Assembly (NCBI RefSeq): GCF_002075285.3
Contig: NZ_CP021983.2
Location: 2,880,001 to 2,912,000 of the forward strand
Direction: 5' to 3'
Source: Halomicronema hongdechloris C2206
GTDB taxonomy: Bacteria > Cyanobacteriota > Cyanobacteriia > Phormidesmidales > Phormidesmidaceae
DNA length: 32,000 nt
Below are positions 25,410 through 32,000 of this stretch, one piece after another (position 1 is the stretch's first letter; the number at the start of each line of letters is the position of its first letter). Below the pieces are notes generated by a model. That model did no database searches. It saw only the letters and a program-made list of their open reading frames with translations, and was not told where the DNA came from. Made by a program: the position numbers and the translations under genes.

Positions 25410-28262
25410 CTAGCGGCCATGGTGGCGAGAGAAGGGCTGGCTAGCTGACCCCGGCGGTGATAGCGGTCCGGACCGGTGGCTGCGAGAATTGTTAGCGATC
25501 GGCAGCAGTACCCGACTCAAAATCCGCTGGTCATCCAGAATCGACAGGGAGAGGTCTCCTCCCATCTGTTTCATCAGGCCGTGGCAGATGGCGAGATGCA
25601 AGCCGGGGGGGTCATCTAGGGCGGAAGGCGCTAGCAGATCTTCCGGGCGACCCAGATTGAGTTCATCGATCAGGGTGGGGGGTAACTTGCCGTCGTCGGT
25701 GATAGACAATTCCAGCCACTGGCGATCCACCTGGCGACACCAAACGTCGATACGACCGCCCCGAGGCGAGCGCTGACAGGCGCTGGCTAGCAATTCATAG
25801 AGAATAAATTCAATTTTAATCAGGTCACCACCGATGATCAGATTGCTCTCGTTATGGACCTTAGCCCAGAGTTGTTGCGCCTGAATCAGGGGGTTGACCC
25901 GTTCCATCAAGCGATTGAGCAAACTGATGAGGGGAGTGGTTTTGTAATCGGTATGGAGTTTCCAGTGTTCATGCTGCAGCAGTGGATTGAGGCTGGTCAG
26001 CAGGCTACTCAATTGCCTCAGGATCTGCTGGAACCGCTGACTGGCCAGGGCATCTGGTTTCTTGCCTAGGGCCTGTAGCCGCTGGATGCCTTTCTCTAAC
26101 TGGTGATACACCTCTTCGAAACGGCGATGTTTATACCAGTTGAGCATTTCTAATTTTTCCCGCTGGGTGACGAGCATTGCCGTCAGGCTCAGATGTCGTC
26201 GGGCCCAGGCCAGCTGGTTGGCAATTAGGGTCAGGAGATTGAAGTGGTATTCGGTCCAGCGTCTCTCGGGCGGTGCCAGGACAATCAGGACGGCTGTAGG
26301 GGTGTGCTTAGGAGCGGTGCGGAGGGCGGTAATCAGCAGATTACTGTCGTTGGGGCCGGAGAGCCATTGCCGACTCAGATCGGGTAGATCAGCCATGGTC
26401 AGGGGGAGAATGCCATCGGTTTGTAAGGCCCAGTTGATGATGGCATCGGAGGCCACTGGAATAACGGCGTCTTCATCGATTTGAAAGGCTTTGGTCTGCA
26501 GGACAAGTTGGCTGAGTTGGGCCATGTCTTCACCGATGGCCCAACTCACGAGTACCACGGCGGGGACCTGCAATAGGTTGGCCAGGTGTTGGGTAGTGGC
26601 GGCATCCAGTTGTTCGGGCTGAAAGGTCCTCTGCAGCATGCGCAGGCCCCATTGGATGGCCTCGTAGACATGTCCCTGCTGATCCATCTGGCGCTGCAGT
26701 TGCCACTGGTGCAGGATGAGGCCAATCTGCTGGGCCACAGTTTCTAGGAGGGTGCACTCTGCTGTGGACCAATGACGGCAGGTCTTGTCGCCGATAATGA
26801 TCAGCCCCTCTGGAGCATGGCCAATGGAGACGTTGCAGACCAGCAGGGACTGGACGCCGAGAGCCTGAAAATTGCCGCGCCAGGCCATCAGTTTCAGGTC
26901 GTGCTCGACATCCTCGATGCGGATGACGCCCTGGCTGCGCTCTAGCATCTGCCAGTCGACCTCATCTAGAGACGGCCAAGTCAATGGAGGCACCCGCCCC
27001 GTTGGCCCGTGGCTTTGGTAGCAGATCTCATAGCCGCCGTGTTCGGTATCGTGCAGCAGCAATAGAAAGTAGTGGGCGTCGGTGCGATCGCATAGTTGCC
27101 GAGCACAGAGATCGAGGGTTTTGCGCCAGTCGGCATCGCTGTGGATGCTGTGGACGATGCCCCCCACCAGTTGCTGATCACGCTGAGTCTGGGCGATCAG
27201 CTCATCGGCCGCCGCCACCGGCATGGCCAACCCCAGCAACCGACTCACCGTCTGCATATAGCGCTTCTCCGCCTCACTCCAGAGGCGCGGCGTGTCTCCC
27301 TCTACCGAGAGTGCCCCCACCAGTTCGTTGCGGCAGAAAATCGGCGCTGCGATCAACGATTGGGCCTGCATCTGCGCCATCAGCGGCGCCATCAATCCTG
27401 CCTTCAGGGAACTATGGGCCTCTCCCACCACCACCAATTGATCGGCCCAGAGGGTCTGGTAAAAGCTGCGGGCCTCCTGCACCTGAATGGTGGCAGACGG
27501 CTGTCCTCCTGGCTCCCCTGAGCGCGACTGTTTGGTCGGCTTCGGATACTGCACCCGCAACCAGAAGTGATTGGTCCTGGGCTCAAACCAATACACCCGA
27601 GACCGGCTCGGCTGAATCAACTGATGGGTATCGTGGACCACCGCCGTCAGCCGCTCGTCTAAATGCTCGATGTGGACCAACCGCTGCAGCAACGTCTCCA
27701 GCACCCGGTCGGGATGTTGCTGCTGCTGCCGCTGATACTCTATATCATGCTGATGCCATGCTTCCGCCAGGGTGCCCAGCAACACCGAGAGATGGGCCCG
27801 TTCTTCAGCACTGGGAGTAATGCCCCAACGCTCAGCCCCCAGCAGCATCAGGCCAATGCAGCTATCCTTACGGCGAATCGGATAGAGGATAGCACTCTGG
27901 ATATTGAGACCCTGGGCAATGGTGGTCCATTCCCCGGCACTGGGTTCTTGGCGCAGGTCTACCACAATCAGGGGGCGCTGCTCGATCAGGGCCTGCTCCA
28001 TCAGATCCCCAGGGGATAGGGATAACTTAGGCCGAAACACGCGGCTATCGCCGGGGACAACACTGCCCTGCAACAGCATCTGATGATTCGACTGGTCGTA
28101 GCGCCCCACCCAGAGGATGGGGTAATCAAACTCAGTCCTGACGTGATCCAATACCAACTGCACCAGCTGGTCAGGGGCTCCTCCTTGCCGTAGGGCTTGG
28201 AGAATACGTCCTAGGGCCACCAGTCGTCTTTCGTGGGGCGGGGGATGATGAGGCTGGCCCAT
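25410..28262 (-). CDS. Multi-GAF domain sensor protein with a degenerate histidine-kinase-like C-terminus
   Basis: About four successive GAF-like modules precede a coiled segment and a HATPase_c-like end (RIDVWCRQ...ELSITDDGKLPP...GLHLAICHGLMKQMGGDLSL). The start is placed at ATG 28262, not the track TTG 28307. Confidence 0.75.
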   Translation of the reverse strand: MGQPHHPPPHERRLVALGRILQALRQGGAPDQLVQLVLDHVRTEFDYPILWVGRYDQSNHQMLLQGSVVPGDSRVFRPKLSLSPGDLMEQALIEQRPLIVVDLRQEPSAGEWTTIAQGLNIQSAILYPIRRKDSCIGLMLLGAERWGITPSAEERAHLSVLLGTLAEAWHQHDIEYQRQQQQHPDRVLETLLQRLVHIEHLDERLTAVVHDTHQLIQPSRSRVYWFEPRTNHFWLRVQYPKPTKQSRSGEPGGQPSATIQVQEARSFYQTLWADQLVVVGEAHSSLKAGLMAPLMAQMQAQSLIAAPIFCRNELVGALSVEGDTPRLWSEAEKRYMQTVSRLLGLAMPVAAADELIAQTQRDQQLVGGIVHSIHSDADWRKTLDLCARQLCDRTDAHYFLLLLHDTEHGGYEICYQSHGPTGRVPPLTWPSLDEVDWQMLERSQGVIRIEDVEHDLKLMAWRGNFQALGVQSLLVCNVSIGHAPEGLIIIGDKTCRHWSTAECTLLETVAQQIGLILHQWQLQRQMDQQGHVYEAIQWGLRMLQRTFQPEQLDAATTQHLANLLQVPAVVLVSWAIGEDMAQLSQLVLQTKAFQIDEDAVIPVASDAIINWALQTDGILPLTMADLPDLSRQWLSGPNDSNLLITALRTAPKHTPTAVLIVLAPPERRWTEYHFNLLTLIANQLAWARRHLSLTAMLVTQREKLEMLNWYKHRRFEEVYHQLEKGIQRLQALGKKPDALASQRFQQILRQLSSLLTSLNPLLQHEHWKLHTDYKTTPLISLLNRLMERVNPLIQAQQLWAKVHNESNLIIGGDLIKIEFILYELLASACQRSPRGGRIDVWCRQVDRQWLELSITDDGKLPPTLIDELNLGRPEDLLAPSALDDPPGLHLAICHGLMKQMGGDLSLSILDDQRILSRVLLPIANNSRSHRSGPLSPPGSASQPFSRHHGR

Positions 28263-28632
28263 ATCCGTCTCTGATATCTCCTTATGATCGCTAACGATCT
28301 GTACCAAACTACCAACAGTGGCTAGGCAGTGTGGATGGCGATTAAACGACAGGCAACGACAGCCCAGTCAGGCCTTACCGTGAACCTTAAACGAAGGCTA
28401 GAACAGGCTAGCCAGCGTCCCTTGCTTATCCTGACGGTAAGATGTCTCCAGAGTACTGAAAATCACGACTTTTCACCAGTTTGCTCCTGACGGCGGTGCC
28501 AGGTATGTAGCCCTTGATGGCAGATAGGGGTGATCCCCCCTTCTTTGACGGAACTACTGCCGCCGGGAAATTGCAATTAATTGATACAAAATCAATTGAC
28601 ACAACGACGAGAAAGGACCGTTCCGGTGGGAG

Positions 28633-29787
28633 GTGGGTTTGGCTGATCTGTATACCGCTGTCGTGCGGCCGATGGTGTTTGGCCTGGGACTGGATCCCGA
28701 ATGGCTCCATGGGTATCTGATCGAGCGCTTAGCCTGGTTGGGTCAACCCCCAACTGAGGCCAATTCGACCCTGGGCCTATCGCCACCTCAGGCCTGGCTG
28801 CGACGGCAGCTGGGAGTGCAGCAGCCAGCCTTGCAGCAGCGGCTCTGGGGACTGGAGTTTGCCAATCCTCTGGGGTTGGCAGCTGGCTTCGATAAGGATG
28901 GCCAAGCCTGTCGAGCCTGGTCGCTGCTGGGGTTTGGCTTTGCCGAGTTGGGCACCGTCACGGCCCAAGCCCAAGCGGGGAACCCCAAACCGCGGCTATT
29001 TCGGCTGCCGCGAGACCGCGCCGCCCTCAACCGTATGGGCTTCAATAACCAGGGGGCGGCAGCCATGGCCCAGCGTTTAGCCCAACTGTGGGCGGCGGAT
29101 CGATCGCCGATTCCCCTGGGCATTAATGTGGGCAAGTCTAAGGTGACTCCGTTGGAGCAGGCCCCCCAAGACTATCTCCACAGCTTTCGCCTACTGCAGC
29201 CCTGGGGAGACTATTTCGTGGTGAATGTGTCGTCGCCCAACACGCCGGGGTTGCGATCGCTACAGGCCCGCGATCAGCTGGAGCCCATCCTGGCGGCGCT
29301 GCAGGAAGCCAACCCGGCGCAAAAACCCCTGCTGGTGAAGATCGCCCCGGATTTAGACTGGGCTGCGATCGCAACTGTGATCGAGTTAGTCCAGCAATAC
29401 AACTTAGCCGGCATCATCGCCACCAACACCACCATCCGACGCGATCAGCTACAGACCCGAGTGCTACGGCCCACTGGGGAGACGGTAGCGGCAGCTCCCG
29501 GCGGCATCAGCGGTGCCCCCCTGCGGCAGCGCTCGACGGCGGTGATTCGCTTCATCTGGCAACACAGCCAGGGCCAAGTGCCCATCATCGGCGTGGGGGG
29601 GATTTTCAACGGCGACGACGCCTGGGAGAAAATCACCGCCGGGGCCTCCCTCCTACAGGTCTACACCGGCTGGATCTACGAAGGGCCTTGGCTGGTGCGC
29701 CGCACCCTGGAGGGCCTCCTGGGCCATCTGCAAGCCCATGGGCTAACTACCATCACCGAGGCAGTAGGCTTGGCCGCTCGCCACTGA
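28633..29787 (+). CDS. pyrD: Dihydroorotate dehydrogenase (quinone), class 2
   Basis: It carries the motifs GFDKDG, NRMGFNN, NVSSPNTPGLR, GGISG and IGVGGI. The start is GTG 28633 or TTG 28639. Confidence 0.93.
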   Translation: MGLADLYTAVVRPMVFGLGLDPEWLHGYLIERLAWLGQPPTEANSTLGLSPPQAWLRRQLGVQQPALQQRLWGLEFANPLGLAAGFDKDGQACRAWSLLGFGFAELGTVTAQAQAGNPKPRLFRLPRDRAALNRMGFNNQGAAAMAQRLAQLWAADRSPIPLGINVGKSKVTPLEQAPQDYLHSFRLLQPWGDYFVVNVSSPNTPGLRSLQARDQLEPILAALQEANPAQKPLLVKIAPDLDWAAIATVIELVQQYNLAGIIATNTTIRRDQLQTRVLRPTGETVAAAPGGISGAPLRQRSTAVIRFIWQHSQGQVPIIGVGGIFNGDDAWEKITAGASLLQVYTGWIYEGPWLVRRTLEGLLGHLQAHGLTTITEAVGLAARH

Positions 29788-29793
29788 ACCGTT

Positions 29794-30423
29794 CTACTCA
29801 ATTCCCCCTAACCGACTGGGGGGCCAAAACCGGACCGCCGCTCGACCGATGATATTGTCGTAGGGGACAAACTCCTGGTCCTCGCCCCAGGCATGGCTAT
29901 CGAAGCTGCTGTTGCGGTTATCGCCGAGGACCAGATAGGAGCCCTCTGGCACTGTCTCGGGTCCCCATGTGTATTCAGGGGGGGCCTTGATATAGTCCTC
30001 TTCTAGGGGGGTGCCATCGATGTAGACCGCGCCGTTTTGGACGGTGACGGTTTCCCCCGGCAGCCCAATCACCCGCTTGATGAAGGCGTCGCGACGGTGC
30101 CCCGGTGGGGATACTCCCTCCGGTGGCCAAAATACGACGATATCGCCGCGCTCAGGCGCCTCGAAGTAGTAGCTGATTTTCTCCACCACCAGCCGATCAT
30201 TGACCTGCAGGGTCGGTTCCATGGACCCTGAGGGAATATAGCGGGCTTCGGCGACGAAGTGGCGAATCCCTAGCGCTAAGACGATGCTTAGGCCAATGGT
30301 TTGGAGCCCTTCAACCCACGGATTAGGACGATTGGCTTCAGGAGTAGGATGTTTCCGAGAATGGTCAACAGGAGAAGAATCGAACTTATCAGGCACGGGC
30401 AGAACTCCGAAATGCGATCGCAC
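29794..30423 (-). CDS. lepB: Signal peptidase I
   Basis: It carries the motifs IPSGSMEPTL, KRVIGLPGE and VLGDNRNSSFDSHAWG. The GTG start is uncertain. Confidence 0.92.
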   Translation of the reverse strand: MRSHFGVLPVPDKFDSSPVDHSRKHPTPEANRPNPWVEGLQTIGLSIVLALGIRHFVAEARYIPSGSMEPTLQVNDRLVVEKISYYFEAPERGDIVVFWPPEGVSPPGHRRDAFIKRVIGLPGETVTVQNGAVYIDGTPLEEDYIKAPPEYTWGPETVPEGSYLVLGDNRNSSFDSHAWGEDQEFVPYDNIIGRAAVRFWPPSRLGGIE

Positions 30424-30484
30424 ACCAAGTTGAGTGACTCGATCATAGTAAATTTAACCTGAAGACGGGAGTAGGATTTCCGCC

Positions 30485-30696
30485 ATGGGCCTGATGATTC
30501 GTAACGCGCGCATACTGCTGGCGTCAGGGGAGATGCAGCCGGGGGATGTGCGCCTGGAGGGAGCCCAGATCGTAGCGGTAGGGCAGCCCTGTCCCCAACC
30601 ACTCCAGACTTGCCGGAAATCGAGGCCACCGGCCTCACCCTGCTGCCGGGGGTGATCGATCCCCAGGTGCATTGTCGCGAACCGGGGCTGGAGCAT
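30485..30696 (+). pseudogene. pyrC: Dihydroorotase (pyrC) 5' fragment, about 70 codons, frameshifted and truncated
   Basis: MGLMIRNARILLASGEMQPGDVRLEGAQIVAVGQ... runs from ATG 30485. After a frame switch near 30600 it continues as LPEIEATGLTLLPGVIDPQVHCREPGLEH, the first metal-binding HxH region (here HC) of dihydroorotase/allantoinase-type amidohydrolases. Similarity ends abruptly at about 30696. Confidence 0.65.
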
Positions 30697-30839
30697 AGGT
30701 ATTCCACCATCAGGGTGGAATCCCAGAAAATCAGCCCGTTTTCATCCACCAGTACCGGAATTTTGCCGATGGGGTTGAGTTGCAGAAACTCGGGAGACGT
30801 CTGCTTGATGTTGGTGTCTAGACTCTGTATGAAGGCCAT
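30697..30839 (-). pseudogene. Glutathione S-transferase N-terminal-domain fragment (about 47 codons)
   Basis: The reverse strand reads MAFIQSLDTNIKQTSPEFLQLNPIGKIPVLVDENGLIFWDSTLMVEYL, which matches the GST thioredoxin-like core (FLxLNPxGKxPVL...S..I.EYL). It lacks both the first beta-alpha-beta unit and the whole C-terminal domain. It abuts the pyrC fragment head-on. Confidence 0.6.
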
Positions 30840-30844
30840 AAGAA

Positions 30845-30871
30845 AAGCCCATGGGGAATTTCCATGGGCTT
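30845..30871 (-). terminator. Rho-independent terminator for the gene at 30928..31287
   Basis: A perfect 10-bp stem AAGCCCATGG / CCATGGGCTT has a 7-nt loop. On the minus strand it is followed by TTTTCTTAT. It lies 56 nt after the stop codon. Confidence 0.6.
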
Positions 30872-30927
30872 GGTGATTGATAACCTCAATAACGTCTTCG
30901 CTTTTAAGGGGGAAGGGGTAAATAACC

Positions 30928-31287
30928 CTAAGCGCTGCGGCGGTGGGAACGCTTATATTCCGACTTCTTCTTGTAGCCGATGGCCTGGACTTCGTCGCTG
31001 TTGGGGCCGAACTGCCCCCGCACCGACTCTTTCATGGCCATGACGGCATCGTGGAACTCCACTTCCGCCTGGCGGGCGGCATCGGCGGCGGCCTTGGTCT
31101 TGGCGATCAGCTCGGTTTCTTGGCGCTGCTTAGCCACCATGGCCTCGTAGGCGGCCTTCAGGGCTTCCGGGGTGGCTTCATTGCGGACGGGGATGTAGTC
31201 GGAGATGGTGCCGAGACCGTGGAAGGAATCGATGTCGGCACTGACGGTTTTGGTCGATACCCGGCGGGAAAAGTTAACAGTACTCAT
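30928..31287 (-). CDS. Hypothetical 119-aa protein with a central helical region and a basic tail
   Basis: An ATG at 31287 has GGAGA about 10 nt upstream. The product is MSTVNFSRRV...AEVEFHDAVMAMKESVRGQFGPNSDEVQAIGYKKKSEYKRSHRRSA. The upstream part of the track ORF (to 31494) is not protein-like. Confidence 0.55.
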   Translation of the reverse strand: MSTVNFSRRVSTKTVSADIDSFHGLGTISDYIPVRNEATPEALKAAYEAMVAKQRQETELIAKTKAAADAARQAEVEFHDAVMAMKESVRGQFGPNSDEVQAIGYKKKSEYKRSHRRSA

Positions 31288-31650
31288 GGGTCGCAAGTCT
31301 CCAAAAAATGAGTAGATGCGGAAGCGTGACCATCTGCAGGGACTGAATCGCCGTTGGGGATACCGGCTCACCCCATCTAGAGCTGAGGCGTGACCCGAGG
31401 GGAGGCTGTAGCGTCTAGCTAGGATGATGAAAAAGATGCAATCGCTGCAGATAAGACCGAGACACCGGGGAGGGCTGGGCGGCGGTTGTCTCATCTATGG
31501 GTAGATTGCCCACAGCGACAAAAAACGCACAGGGGATCGACACTATGTAGAAACCTATGGATCATTCGCCGTCGCCATGGGCCGCTAGGCGTTGGGTTTC
31601 GTCCCTCAACCGCAACCTACAATGCACTCATTTTATTTGTGGCAACCTCC

Positions 31651-32000
31651 TTAGTCGCCATGGGCCGCTAGCACCCGCCGCGCCGTCGCTGCATAGGCTG
31701 CGACGCGAGGAATCCCTGGAAACTCCTGGGAGATTGCCAGCACTTCTCGGGCCAAGGCCGTGGAGGTCTGCCGCTCCGGCACCGCCTGCAGATAAAAAAT
31801 ACTCAGGTTAAGCAGGGTCATGGCCACATCGGGCAAATAGGCCCGCGGATTCTCCTGGGCTAACTGGCGTCTAATCCCCAAGGCTTCTTCATAGCTGGCC
31901 TGGGCGGCGCTGAGTTGATTTTGATCCGCTTGCAAAATCGCCAAATTGTTCAGGGTCATGGCCACATCGGGCAAATAGGCCCGCGGATTCTCCTGGGCTA
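31651..32000 (-). CDS. TPR repeat protein, 3' part only (gene continues past the right edge)
   Basis: There are repeated units containing AYLPDVAMTLNNLA...EEALGIRRQLAQENP. A 43-nt stretch repeats exactly at 138-nt spacing (31818-31860 and 31956-31998). The frame is open to the window end. Confidence 0.8.
   Translation of the reverse strand, partial: AQENPRAYLPDVAMTLNNLAILQADQNQLSAAQASYEEALGIRRQLAQENPRAYLPDVAMTLLNLSIFYLQAVPERQTSTALAREVLAISQEFPGIPRVAAYAATARRVLAAHGD

Noticed and set aside
26984-27820. 278-aa plus-strand ORF antisense to the multi-GAF gene
   Set aside because: Its Pro/Arg/Ala/Ser-rich composition is not protein-like, and it lies fully inside a well-supported 950-aa gene on the other strand.
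30288-30839. 183-aa minus-strand ORF spanning the lepB-upstream region
   Set aside because: It is a chimeric read-through. Only its first ~47 codons are GST-like. The rest is antisense to the pyrC fragment and then overlaps the lepB 5' end out of frame.
1-32000. tRNA, rRNA, transposase/IS elements, integrase, phage genes
   Set aside because: I scanned the intergenic regions and ORF translations. I found no T-loop/acceptor-like structures, no DDE or tyrosine-recombinase motifs, and no terminal inverted repeats bounding the accessory blocks.

Overview
This is a chromosomal segment of a GC-rich cyanobacterium. The assignment rests on 17 copies of the HIP1 palindrome GCGATCGC, a panC-cmk fusion, a Synechocystis-type ArsC, DUF1816 and Uma2 genes. 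Housekeeping genes (carA, a STAS anti-sigma antagonist, mrnC, rlmB, panC-cmk, aroE, pyrD, lepB) alternate with accessory blocks. (1) A left-edge block holds a Uma2 gene and an MNT-HEPN toxin-antitoxin pair, wedged between a 3' fragment and a frameshifted full copy of the same small unknown gene. (2) A divergent AraC regulator and imelysin/EfeM-like periplasmic protein sit next to a TPR protein. (3) A lone ABC exporter carries an AT-rich, repeat-laden in-frame insert. (4) A Q-rich coiled-coil protein is followed by a small 2-TM protein. (5) A large gene combines a cNMP-binding domain, a degenerate NtrC-type AAA+ domain and a membrane 4Fe-4S domain. (6) There is an arsR-acr3-arsN2-arsC arsenic island. 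(7) There is a Ser/Thr kinase-CHASE2 sensor. (8) There is a 950-aa multi-GAF protein with a degenerate histidine-kinase end. The most unusual observations are listed here. Two large sensor genes have 3' thirds that switch reading frame many times while staying protein-like. A head-to-head pyrC/GST double remnant lies beside lepB. A 10-copy heptanucleotide array starts at a stop codon. A STAS gene has a good promoter and Shine-Dalgarno but no canonical start codon. I saw no transposase, CRISPR array, tRNA or rRNA. I did not find a convincing novel multi-gene system. The best leads are the MNT-HEPN plus flanking-paralog arrangement and the cNMP/AAA+/polyferredoxin protein. All domain calls come from motif recognition by eye, not from database searches.
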